This document shows, piece by piece, positions 1 to 9,570 of a stretch of DNA of 64,000 nucleotides (position 1 is its first letter; every line of letters begins with the position of its first letter). The translations under genes were made by a program, and so were the position numbers. The stretch comes from Planctomycetota bacterium (lineage in GTDB: Bacteria > Planctomycetota > SZUA-567 > H5-PLA8): the NCBI GenBank assembly GCA_038227875.1, contig JBBRPR010000024.1, positions 56,559 to 120,558 of the forward strand, in the 5' to 3' direction. Under the pieces are notes generated by a model. The model ran no database searches and was not told where the DNA came from. It saw nothing but the letters and a program-made list of their open reading frames with translations.

Positions 1-1
1 T

Positions 2-889
2 CCCACGAAAAAAGAGGGCCACGACGGACTCGTCACCAGCAAAGATCCGTCCGCCGATTACGCGCATCTGATGCAGGTCGCGTACACCGCCGTCAAAGCC
101 GCGCAGCCGGAGATCAAGATCGTCGGCATCAACACCTCGACGGAAGAGAACGGCAGCAACTGGACGCGCGGCGTGCTCAAGCACGACGGCCTGAACAACT
201 GCGACATCATCAGCTACCACGATTACACCAACGGCTTCGCCGGCGGCCCCAAGGACGTCGCCGAACAAGGCTACCAGGCCGCGATCGGCCCGATCCTCGC
301 GCAAGCACCCGGCGGCAAGCTGCCCAAACCCGTCTGGATGAGCGAAGGCTCGTCGACCGCCAGCTCCATCGGCTCGGGCTTCTACCACTACACTGTCCCG
401 TACCTCAACGAAGAGGACGTGACGTCGACCTCCGACCGGCTCTGCCGTTTCGTGATTGCCATCCTCGCGCAGGGCCCCGAAAAAGTGTTTTTGTACTCGA
501 TGCACAGCCACGATTATTTCGGCGCGCGCGATGAATGGCGCACGCTGGTCACCGAAGACGGCTACCTTCACCCCTGCGCCGCCGCGCATTCCGCGATGGC
601 CTGGTACCTGGAAGACACCAAATTCAAGCAACAACAAACGCTCGCCCGCGGCGTCACCGCCTACATCTTCGAAGGCAAAGACCGTGCCGTGCTCGTGCTC
701 TCACCGGCCGCCGACCACGACAACTATTTCCTCCCGACCAGCAAAGAGGTGGAAACCGTCGACCTCTTCGGCAACCCCCTGACCGCCGGCACGCCGCTCG
801 GATCGACGCTGATCTACATCACCGCCAAATCCGCCGCCGACCTGCAAACCGCGCTGAAGCTCGTCCCGTCCGACGCCCCGCGGAAATGA
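2..889 (+). CDS. Glycoside hydrolase, clan GH-A (GH39/GH5-like), 5'-truncated by the window edge
   Basis: Frame is open from position 2. Motifs ISYHDY and PVWMSEG (nucleophile-like), then a beta-rich C-terminal domain. Confidence 0.6.
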   Translation, partial: PTKKEGHDGLVTSKDPSADYAHLMQVAYTAVKAAQPEIKIVGINTSTEENGSNWTRGVLKHDGLNNCDIISYHDYTNGFAGGPKDVAEQGYQAAIGPILAQAPGGKLPKPVWMSEGSSTASSIGSGFYHYTVPYLNEEDVTSTSDRLCRFVIAILAQGPEKVFLYSMHSHDYFGARDEWRTLVTEDGYLHPCAAAHSAMAWYLEDTKFKQQQTLARGVTAYIFEGKDRAVLVLSPAADHDNYFLPTSKEVETVDLFGNPLTAGTPLGSTLIYITAKSAADLQTALKLVPSDAPRK

Positions 890-1335
890 CGTCGCACGGA
901 ATGAACCGATCAGGAGCGCATCCGTCCCACACCCGCTCACACCGAACTCAAATCGCCAGCCTGAAACGCAACGCGTTTGCAATTAAGGCCCGTCACGCCC
1001 GTCTTGGAATTTTGGCCTCGCTGTTGTGTGCCACGGGTGGCTCGTCCACCAGTGCCGACCTCGCGAACAAATTCGCCCGTCCATGATCCCACGATCACGA
1101 CTAAATGGTACGACCTCGCGAGAGAAGACGGATCGCTCCTACGGAGTGAACTCGCGGGAGCGCACGCCGCTGCCGTTCGCGCCGTTGCTCGGCCTGAAAG
1201 GCCGACCGTAAATAGCCATGGGCGGCAGCCCTTGGTACAGGTGTGGCCTTGGTTCTCCTGAGCCCTGCCAGGGCGACCGAGGCAGCGCCGAACACCGGCA
1301 TTGCAGAAGCCTCGCCCGCGAAATAAAATCACCGC

Positions 1336-1854
1336 ATGACGATTCGAACGCTGCTCTCCGAACTCCAATCCGCCTACGTCGACAACGGCTACACGCATAA
1401 CGCGGGACTGTTGCCGCCCGCAACCAAGACCGAGATCGACGCGATCACGACTGCGCTGAAATTCCCCGTGCCCAAACAACTCCGAGAGGTCTTAAAAATT
1501 CACGGCGGCCAGCGGTCGTTGAGCAAAGGAGGCACTGAAGGCCTGTTCGGATCCCATCGCCTGCACACGCCAGCCCAGGTGATTCGAAACCATAAAATGT
1601 TTTTCGAACACTGTCTGCTCGACCCAGTCCCCGACTACCCGCCCGCAAAAGGCGAGCAGGGATATTGGGTGCCGGAACTCCTGCCGTTTGCCTCGTGGGA
1701 CTCCTATAACTTATGTGTGCATTGCATCACCGGCGATGTATGGGATTTCGATCCCCACCGCGGCTTGATGCGGCCTCGCAAAAACATCGCCGCAGTGCTC
1801 TCCGAATTTCTGGAAGCCCTCCGCGCCGGAAAAGAACCCGAGATGGCGTGGTGA
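1336..1854 (+). CDS. SMI1/KNR4 (SUKH) family protein
   Basis: LLPPATKTEID...FPVPKQLREVLKIHGG...LLPFASWD...LCVHCITGDVW pattern. Confidence 0.7.
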   Translation: MTIRTLLSELQSAYVDNGYTHNAGLLPPATKTEIDAITTALKFPVPKQLREVLKIHGGQRSLSKGGTEGLFGSHRLHTPAQVIRNHKMFFEHCLLDPVPDYPPAKGEQGYWVPELLPFASWDSYNLCVHCITGDVWDFDPHRGLMRPRKNIAAVLSEFLEALRAGKEPEMAW

Positions 1855-1882
1855 GTCAGTTCGCCGTGCCGCACCGGCCGTC

Positions 1883-1970
1883 AGCCGCGGAGCGGCGACA
1901 TAAAGTAGCCCACGGCGTAAGCCGTGGGTCCCTGACGCCCGCAGACTCAAAGCCCCGGCAGGGGCGACAT
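1883..1970. repeat. GTAG-type REP-like palindromic element (half copy)
   Basis: gtagCCCACGGCgtaaGCCGTGGG with flanking small palindromes; closely matches 4645-4731. Confidence 0.75.
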
Positions 1971-2045
1971 CGCGATTCCCGTTGACCTCCCAGCGTCCGC
2001 CCCGCTATCATTATTTTCTGCTCCCAGCGCGCGGAGGCCGATTTT

Positions 2046-2399
2046 ATGTTCGCCTGGTTAAAGCGTTGGGTGAAGAAGCCCTCCCCGGATACCGATGGCA
2101 TAGCTTGTATCGCGACACCCGGTGAGATTTTCCCCTGGCCGAAGGGCGGCGTGATCACCGCCGTCGAAGAACTCGTAATCGCTTTGCCGTTAGCGCTCTT
2201 CGACAAGGATCGTCCGATGGGCGAGTACGTATTCGGACCGAACGACATGCAAATCAACATCCCTCCGGATGGCGATAAATTTTTCATTCGCATGCTGCCC
2301 GGAATGTCGGTCAGTCTCGCAAAATCGTGCGACGCCTACGTCGTTGCGGATGACAAATCTCCGAGGCGAATGAAGGTCAGGCGCCCGCAGGCAAAGTGA
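2046..2399 (+). CDS. Hypothetical protein
   Basis: 117-aa ORF with upstream GGAGG and protein-like composition. Confidence 0.6.
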   Translation: MFAWLKRWVKKPSPDTDGIACIATPGEIFPWPKGGVITAVEELVIALPLALFDKDRPMGEYVFGPNDMQINIPPDGDKFFIRMLPGMSVSLAKSCDAYVVADDKSPRRMKVRRPQAK

Positions 2400-2498
2400 A
2401 TGATGAGCTCGAGGCCTGAAAGCCCGAACTATCGATCCGCAGGTGCTCCTTCAAATAGGGTATAATGTCCCCGGCGATCACCGACGAAAGGACCCCGC

Positions 2499-4640
2499 GT
2501 GCCGGCCGATATTAATACGCTGATCCAGCGACTCTCGCACCGCGACTGTCGATTTCGCAGTAACATTGCGCAACAGCTCGTGGAGTTGGGAGCCGACGCG
2601 GAGCCCGCTTACGATACGATTGTCGCGATGCTCGAAGGCAAGCATCCGGACAATTTCTACGACTGGCACGAACTTACTTTCGTCCTCAAAAACGTCGACA
2701 CCGCCAAGAAGCGGCCTGCGCCGCCGCGAACCCGCGCCGCCCTGGTTCACGCTATGAAGGAACTCAGCACGTGGATTAAGTTGAAGGACCTGGTTCACGA
2801 GATATCAACGTTGGGCTCCTATATTCTTCCGGCGGTGCTCGACGCGTTGCCTGGCAATCCGTATTACTACCTGACTGTATTGTTCGTCATGGGCCCCGAC
2901 GCCATTCCGGCCCTTCCGGTCCTGTTGGAATACAGCCGAAGCCAAGGTAAAAATCGCCTTCAGGGGTTGGCCTGTCTGACAATGCTGGGCATTTACACGC
3001 CCGAGGTCGAAAGCGCTTTTCGACAGGCTTTTGCAGAAATACCGGATCCGGAAAACCTGATCAACGGTGTTGGGCGCATGGGACCCTTGGCCGGCAATCT
3101 CGTCCCGCTGCTGCATCACTATCTCAAGGACGCCAATCCCGGCGGCATTGCATCCACCGAAACCATCAGCGAAATGCGGTTCCGGCTGAGAATTTCCACC
3201 GAACGCAAAACGGCCGCGGCCCGGTCACTTGCCTCGATGGGTCCGCGCGCCCGGATTGCAGTTCCGGAGTTGATGACCTGCGCCAGGAGTAGCGACAAGG
3301 ACTTGCGCCAGGCCGCGATGAACGCGTTCGCTCTTATGGGCGTCGAAGCGCGGAGCGCCGTGCCTTTATTGGAAGCACTCGGCAAACGCGAACGCTTTCC
3401 AGAAGTGCTCGCGTCGCTGCGCAGTACATTGAACCTTCTGAAATGGACGGCTCCCATCGGGCGTTCTGCAGGGTCTCCGGTTGAGCTGGGAGAATTCATA
3501 GATGCCAAGCCTGACCCGGAAGCGTTGAAGTTGGCGCTTCAGCGGTGCCCCGACTTGATTTCCGAAAACCATGATACGCGAGTCTTCGCCGCACGAGACC
3601 TGCTAAGTTTCATCGGTCAACAAAAGCCGTTCGCGGACGCGATCGTTCCAGCCGTGGTTAAGGCTCTCGAAAGTCCCATTTGGGAGAATGACCGTTGGCC
3701 GCTGCCCATTGAAATTTTGCATGAACTGGGTCCGCATGCCGTCGGTGCCGCACCGGCCGTCCTGCGCTGGCTGGCACAGAACCCGCAGACAGATAAGTTC
3801 TGGATCTTGCGAGATCTACAATTCAATTGCCAGGAGGTGCTGCCGGACTTGATTCGCATACTCGAATCCAAAGACCGCAGTCAAGTCGGCTGGATATTTT
3901 CAATCCTCGAAATCCTCGGCTCGCGCGCGCAGGCTGCAGTTCCTGAGGTCAGCACGTGGCTGGACGACGCCGTTCTGGGTCTGGCCGCCGCCAATACGCT
4001 GGCCAGTCTGGATCCGAATCAGGAACACGCTGACCGCGCGCTCCGCGTCGCTCACTCGTGGCCCGCTGAATACGATGGCGAGAGGGCCTTGCGCGTGGCT
4101 CGCATCGCCGCGCGGCTGGGCCCGAAGGCCGCCGCCGCCGTGCCCGAACTTACCGGCTACGTCTCCGCCGAATACTTGATCTTCAATCCCTTTAAAAACT
4201 ACAAGCACTGGAATCTCACCTCCGCTTCCATCACCGCGCTGGGAAGCATCGGTCCCGCCGCGTCCGCCGCCGTGCCCAATCTCATCGGCGCGCTGGTTGC
4301 CGAGGTGGGTTCAGCTTTCGACGCATTGGTTCTCATCGGTCCCGCCGCCGCCCCGCACCTCCTACCCATGTTCGATCACCCCAACAGCCAGATGCGCATG
4401 AACAGCATCTGGATCTGCGCCCTGATCCAGCCCGACTCCACCGCATACGTCAGCGCCTTGCGCGCGGCCTTAAACGATGTCGAACCGGTAGTCCGCTGGT
4501 TCGCCGCCTGGGCGCTCAAATGCGCCGGCCCAAAAGCTCAGAGCACCGCCGCAGCCCTGCACGCCCTCTCAACCCGCGACACAGACAGCGAAGTCCGCGC
4601 CATCGCCGCGGAAGCGCACGCTGTCGTCACTCGCAACTGA
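2499..4640 (+). CDS. HEAT-repeat protein
   Basis: Repeated 'LG.MGP.A..AVP.L' helical units over 713 aa. Confidence 0.8.
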   Translation: MPADINTLIQRLSHRDCRFRSNIAQQLVELGADAEPAYDTIVAMLEGKHPDNFYDWHELTFVLKNVDTAKKRPAPPRTRAALVHAMKELSTWIKLKDLVHEISTLGSYILPAVLDALPGNPYYYLTVLFVMGPDAIPALPVLLEYSRSQGKNRLQGLACLTMLGIYTPEVESAFRQAFAEIPDPENLINGVGRMGPLAGNLVPLLHHYLKDANPGGIASTETISEMRFRLRISTERKTAAARSLASMGPRARIAVPELMTCARSSDKDLRQAAMNAFALMGVEARSAVPLLEALGKRERFPEVLASLRSTLNLLKWTAPIGRSAGSPVELGEFIDAKPDPEALKLALQRCPDLISENHDTRVFAARDLLSFIGQQKPFADAIVPAVVKALESPIWENDRWPLPIEILHELGPHAVGAAPAVLRWLAQNPQTDKFWILRDLQFNCQEVLPDLIRILESKDRSQVGWIFSILEILGSRAQAAVPEVSTWLDDAVLGLAAANTLASLDPNQEHADRALRVAHSWPAEYDGERALRVARIAARLGPKAAAAVPELTGYVSAEYLIFNPFKNYKHWNLTSASITALGSIGPAASAAVPNLIGALVAEVGSAFDALVLIGPAAAPHLLPMFDHPNSQMRMNSIWICALIQPDSTAYVSALRAALNDVEPVVRWFAAWALKCAGPKAQSTAAALHALSTRDTDSEVRAIAAEAHAVVTRN

Positions 4641-4644
4641 TTTC

Positions 4645-4850
4645 AGCCACGGAGTGGCGACATATAGTAGCCCACGGCGTAAGCCGTGGGTTATCGACGC
4701 GCGAATCCAAAAGCCCCGGCAGGGGCGACATCCAACGTTTGCCGCCCCGCTGGGGCTCCTCAATTTTCACGGTCCGCGCACCCATGGCCCATTCGATTTA
4801 CTCAGGGCAAGCTCACGCCATGGGCTACTGCATGCCGCCACTCCGTGGCT
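4645..4850. repeat. REPIN-like inverted doublet of GTAG REP palindromes
   Basis: Terminal inverted repeats agccacggagtggcg / cgccactccgtggct with two inverted REP units inside. Confidence 0.75.
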
Positions 4851-5094
4851 AACGGCGAGCGCCGGGCCTTCGGCCCTTAAATAACGCCATGATGGCGCGA
4901 AAAATGGATTGCCAAGCCGTCGGACCCAACGGGTCCATTTATGTCAGCGAAGGGCAAGGAGCATGGACGCGCATGCGTCCACGCTCCGCAGCCCTGGAAA
5001 AATGCGCGCCGTTTCAAAATTGTCCTGAAGGGACAACTTAGAACGCGCCGCCAATCCGCGAAAACGCCGCGCGCGCAATCATGAAACGAAAAAA

Positions 5095-6220
5095 CTACGG
5101 CGTACCGCCCGCAGGCATTACCACCCGAAAACCGACGTAGCTGCCGCGGGCAAGGGGAAAAAAGAGCCACTCGCGGCCAGCCGACCGACAGTCCACGGAG
5201 GGATTGCCGCTCCACCCACCGCCACGCAACAAACGTCCGGTACCTTGATCCGGACCTTGCGGATTCTCTACCGGAGATTTGGAGTAATAGTCTTCACCGT
5301 ACCAGTCCTGACACCATTGCCACACATTGCCATGCATATCGTAAAGCCCAAAGGCATTCGCTTCCTTCTGGCCAACAGGATGCGTTGTATTTGTACTGTT
5401 CACGCCATACCAGGCCACGCGTCCGAGATCGGCTTCAGCATCGCCGGAATAGTATGTCGTCGTCGTTCCGGCCCGGCAGGAATATTCCCATTCCGCTTCG
5501 GTGGGCAGGCGAACCGACTGCCTTGTCCGCTCTGTTAACGTCTTGCAGAATTCCTGCGCATCGTCCGATGAAACCGTCTCAACCGGGTTGTCCTTACCCT
5601 TGAACTTGCTGGGATTCGTCCCGATCAATTGCTGATATTGCTCCTGCGTCACATCGTATTTCCCCATGTAAAACGGCTGAGCCAGCGACACCGGGTGCGC
5701 CGGCTTCTCGTTCTTGAATGCACATTTGAAACGCGCTTCCGCAGCCGCATATTCTAACCGCGCCACCCGTAGCCCATCCATCGATCGCCGCCAATGCAAC
5801 CCGCTCAGCACACCCGCCCGTCGCGAGCGTAACCAACAGCAGCAGCCCCAGCGATACCTGCGGTCGGCGGCGCCCGCGGATCCCTTGCACAAGCACGAAC
5901 CCCAGCAAAATCCCCAACGCACCCCCGCTCGCCGCCAGACACGCTATCCCCGTGACGATCTTCCGATTGAATCCGGCCTCATCCACCGGCGTGGGCGAAG
6001 GCGTCCCCATCACAAATTTTCCAGCGGGGATCAGCACGAGTTCCAGCTTGACGTTGTCGCCCAACTCGAGCGTCTTCATGGCCGGAAGGTTGGCGCGCTT
6101 GGCGTAATCGGCGACCGACTCCACGCCATCCCAAAGCGGCCAAAGCGGATAGTCGCGCGCGGATTCAGCCGCCGCCAGCGAGCTCGCGAGCAGAAGGAGA
6201 AGTAACATCAACAGACGCAT
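5095..6220 (-). pseudogene. FGE-sulfatase (SUMF1/EgtB/PvdO-like) domain protein, frameshifted near 5810
   Basis: Signal peptide and LVLIPAGKFVMG in one frame; PAHPV...RLPTEAEWEY...NAFGLYDMHGNVWQWC...GFRVV in another. Confidence 0.75.
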
Positions 6221-6329
6221 GCGTGAAGCGTAGTAAATTGGCCGCGCGCATGCCATGTAGTTGTCCCGATCTCCACCGCGTGCTACCCCATAAAGAATTC
6301 GTGCCACGCGCCCATCCAGCACAAAAGCT

Positions 6330-6440
6330 GCTCATTCACGCTCATTCGTGCTCGTTTACGCTCATTCCTGCTCAAACACGCTCATTTAAGCTCATTTGCT
6401 ATCATTCGCTCTCATTTCAGCTCAAATGTGCTCATTCACC
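6330..6440. repeat. Tandem array of eleven 10-bp units, core GCTCATT
   Basis: Units repeat every 10 nt from 6330 to 6430 (gctcattcac, gctcattcgt, gctcgtttac, gctcattcct, ...). Confidence 0.85.
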
Positions 6441-6522
6441 AGATTTCCCTTGATTTTCGGGGTCGAGAGTTGCTTATTATATATGGACATTCTTCATTGC
6501 CGCAACGCACGCCACCCCCATG

Positions 6523-6562
6523 GGAAATCGAAAATTGAAAATCAAAAATCGAAAATGGAAAT
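6523..6562. repeat. Heptamer tandem repeat (GAAAATY-like)
   Basis: gaaatcgaaaattgaaaatcaaaaatcgaaaatggaaat. Confidence 0.65.
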
Positions 6563-7135
6563 AGACCTGCACCATGAAAACCCCGCCACACTCACTTCTA
6601 CAACTCCTTAACCGTCGAAATATAGTTAAGATTTATACATGAATTTTAAAGATTTTACTTGACTTTTGCGTTTCTCGACCGCATGGATATTATAGGAAAT
6701 CCACGTATTGCACCGCGCTGGGTCGCCAGATGCGTCTTCACCGTGCAAAATCTAACCGGACCGCGACCGTACGCTGCTTTCAGGACTGCCCATAAATCGC
6801 GCCCCAGAAGCCTGTGCGAGCCTCCGCAACCCATACCTGATGAAATGCCCAGATGATTGCCAGACCGTTTCACAGGCGCCTGGAACGTAAAAGAAAGGAC
6901 ACGCCAATCACCACGAAGTCCGCATACCCACCCACTATAAGGAGACCCCAATACAGCGCCCAGCGCCCACCATTCTAATCCGCAATCCGCAATGACGTTC
7001 CCCCACCTCGGGCACCTGCGCCAGAGACCCCATACCCTGTAACATTTTGTAACATTCGGTCACATCCACCTTGTGCACGACCCGGAATTTGACCCATGAA
7101 TCCCGTACAATGCCCCATGACCAATGACTCTGTTC

Positions 7136-7163
7136 TTGACGCACCCCGCACACTCTTTATAAC
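7136..7163 (+). promoter_or_regulatory. Putative sigma70 promoter of tig-clpP-clpX
   Basis: TTGACG-N16-TATAAC. Confidence 0.45.
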
Positions 7164-7293
7164 CACTTCGGACGTAAGATGCCCCGTGGTTTGCGGGGCT
7201 TCGTTTTTCTAGTGGATGGTCATACAGCCGCGCGGCGTTGGCCGCATCCTGGCTCACGATCCCATTTACGCTTTCAGAGAAGGAACACGACTG

Positions 7294-8754
7294 GTGAGTA
7301 AACTGATGCCGGACACCGACCGGGCCGACGAGCCCATCGCAGTAAACACCAACGTCAAGGACTCGGGCACCTGGGCCAAGTCGCTGGGCGTCACCATCAC
7401 CAAGGACCTCGTGGACAAGGAGTTCGGCGCCGTCGCCGGTGAGCTCGCCGGCGCCGTCAACCTGCCCGGCTTCCGCCCCGGCAAGGTCCCCCGCAACGTG
7501 ATCGAAAAGAAGTACGGGGACGACATCAAGAAACAGGTCACCTCCAACCTGATCACCCGCGGCCTCCGCTCCGCCATCGAGAAGGAAAAGCTCGACGTCG
7601 TCGGCGAACCCCGCATCGATGTCGAGAAGTACAAGGCCACCCGCGGCGAAGACCTCGTCTTCGATATCGAAGTCGAAATCAAGCCGACCTTCGAACTGGG
7701 TGCCTACAAGGGCATCTCCATCGAACAGGAAGAGATTGAACTCCTCCCCGACGAAATCGACAAGGCTCTCGACCGCGTCCGCGACCGCTTCGCCGAACAA
7801 GTCGACGCCCCGGCCGACCACGTCGTCAAGGAAGGCGACACCGCTCACGGCGTCCTGCGCGTCCTCGTCGACGGCGCGGAAGTCCACAAGGAAGAAGACG
7901 CCGCCCTGCTGATCATGAACGGCCACGTCCTGGGCGCCTACGCGCACCTCGGCTCGCCCTTCCTCGAAGGCATGAAGTTCGGCGAAAAGCGCACGGTCGA
8001 AGAGACCCTCGCCGGCAACTTCCCGGTCGAAGCGCACCGCAACAAGAAAGCCACGCTGGAATTCGAAGCGAAATCCGCCAAGTCGCGCGTCCTTCCTCCA
8101 GTGGACGACAAGCTGGCCGAAAAGGTCGGCATGAAGAACATCGATGAGCTGAAAGAGAAGATCCGCTCCTCGCTGCTCGAGCAGGTCCGCACGGAAATCG
8201 AGAAGCACACCCGCGAGACGCTGATGGACAAGATCGTCGCGGCGACGCCCTTCGAACTGCCCGTGCGCCTGGCCGAACTGATGACCGCCCGCATGACCGA
8301 AGGCAAGCTCCAGGAACTGGCCCGCATGGGCATGACGCCGGAGATGCTGGGCAACAACGTCCAGGAACTGATGGGCGGAGCCAAAGAGTCGTCGATGCAG
8401 GAAATGCGCCGCTACTTCATCCTCGACTCCATCGCCGCCAAGGAGAACATCGGCGTCGATGAAGACGACGTCGACCAGGAAATCGTCAAGGAAGCCCGCC
8501 AGCGCGGCATGAAGGCTTCGGAGCTCTACGACAAGCTGGTGGAATCCGAACAGCTCCGCGATCTGGAACACCAGATCAAGACCCGAAAGGTGTTGGATTA
8601 TCTGGTTGAGAACGCGGATATTAAGATCGTGCCGCGCAAGCCGGTGGAAGAGGCCAAGCACGACCACTCCGCGCACGCGCCCAAGGCAGAGGCAGGCCAC
8701 GACCACGGGCATGAACATGGCCACGAACACGGTCATGAGCACGGCCATCAGTAA
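7294..8754 (+). CDS. tig: Trigger factor with His-rich C-terminal tail
   Basis: Ribosome-binding signature LPGFRPGKVP; directly upstream of clpP-clpX; GTG start after gagaagga (alternative ATG at 7306). Confidence 0.92.
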   Translation: MSKLMPDTDRADEPIAVNTNVKDSGTWAKSLGVTITKDLVDKEFGAVAGELAGAVNLPGFRPGKVPRNVIEKKYGDDIKKQVTSNLITRGLRSAIEKEKLDVVGEPRIDVEKYKATRGEDLVFDIEVEIKPTFELGAYKGISIEQEEIELLPDEIDKALDRVRDRFAEQVDAPADHVVKEGDTAHGVLRVLVDGAEVHKEEDAALLIMNGHVLGAYAHLGSPFLEGMKFGEKRTVEETLAGNFPVEAHRNKKATLEFEAKSAKSRVLPPVDDKLAEKVGMKNIDELKEKIRSSLLEQVRTEIEKHTRETLMDKIVAATPFELPVRLAELMTARMTEGKLQELARMGMTPEMLGNNVQELMGGAKESSMQEMRRYFILDSIAAKENIGVDEDDVDQEIVKEARQRGMKASELYDKLVESEQLRDLEHQIKTRKVLDYLVENADIKIVPRKPVEEAKHDHSAHAPKAEAGHDHGHEHGHEHGHEHGHQ

Positions 8755-8778
8755 TCCGGCAACCCACAACCGAGGACG

Positions 8779-9465
8779 ATGGACATGGAACTCAACGATC
8801 TCATTCAACGCGCGGAAGACCAGGCGGGGAACATCACCGGCATCCATCCCAGCCTGACACCCCGCATCCCGACTCAAAACACGATCATTCCGTCGGTCGT
8901 GGAACGGACCGGCCGCGGCGAAAAAAGCTGGGACATCTACAGCCGTCTGCTCAACGACCGCATCATTTTCCTGGGCAGCGCCATTGACGATTTCACCGCC
9001 GCGACCATCGTCGCCCAGATGCTCTTCCTGCAGCTGGTCAACAAGGAAGCGGACATCGAAATGTACATCATGTCGCCGGGAGGCTCGGTCAACGCCGGCT
9101 TCGCGATCTACGACACGATGCAGCACGTCAGTAACGACGTGGCGACTTACTGCATCGGGCAGGCGGCGAGCATGGGTGCGTTCCTGCTCACAGCCGGCTC
9201 GAAGGGCAAGCGCTACGCGCTCAGCAACTCGCGCATCATGATCCATCAGCCCTGGGGCGGCGCGCAGGGCACGGCGGCGGACATCGTCATCCAGGCCGAG
9301 GAAATCCTGCGGCTGAAGAAGACGCTCAACGTCCTCTACGCCAAGCACACCGGCCAGACCGAAGAACGCATCGCCAAGGACAGCGACCGCGACTTCTTCA
9401 TGTCCGCCGATCAGGCCAAGGCCTACGGCATCATCGACGACATCCTGGGACCGCACGGCGAGTAA
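8779..9465 (+). CDS. clpP: ATP-dependent Clp protease proteolytic subunit
   Basis: [34 protein letters not shown]. Confidence 0.97.
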   Translation: MDMELNDLIQRAEDQAGNITGIHPSLTPRIPTQNTIIPSVVERTGRGEKSWDIYSRLLNDRIIFLGSAIDDFTAATIVAQMLFLQLVNKEADIEMYIMSPGGSVNAGFAIYDTMQHVSNDVATYCIGQAASMGAFLLTAGSKGKRYALSNSRIMIHQPWGGAQGTAADIVIQAEEILRLKKTLNVLYAKHTGQTEERIAKDSDRDFFMSADQAKAYGIIDDILGPHGE

Positions 9466-9570
9466 TCAAAAGCACTCTCGCTCCCGGGCCAGCCATCAGG
9501 CCCGGGAGCACCTAAAAATAGCGACACCTGTGAATGTAGTTTGAGTTGGGTACTGGCAGAGGCATTAATC

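Noticed and set aside
1854..4860. Integron cassette array
   Set aside because: The intergenic repeats lack paired RYYYAAC/GTTRRRY attC ends and no integrase is present; they fit REP elements better.
6330..6440. CRISPR array
   Set aside because: The 10-bp units have no 25-45-nt spacers, and there are no cas genes in the window.
6450..7130. Chromosomal origin (oriC)
   Set aside because: An AT-rich tract is present, but I saw no cluster of TTATCCACA DnaA boxes and no dnaA/dnaN nearby.
7060..9456. 798-aa antisense ORF and similar long shadow ORFs (12674-14485, 56169-58421, 49723-50757)
   Set aside because: They lie opposite well-supported genes and are the expected by-product of high-GC codon bias; no recognisable motifs.
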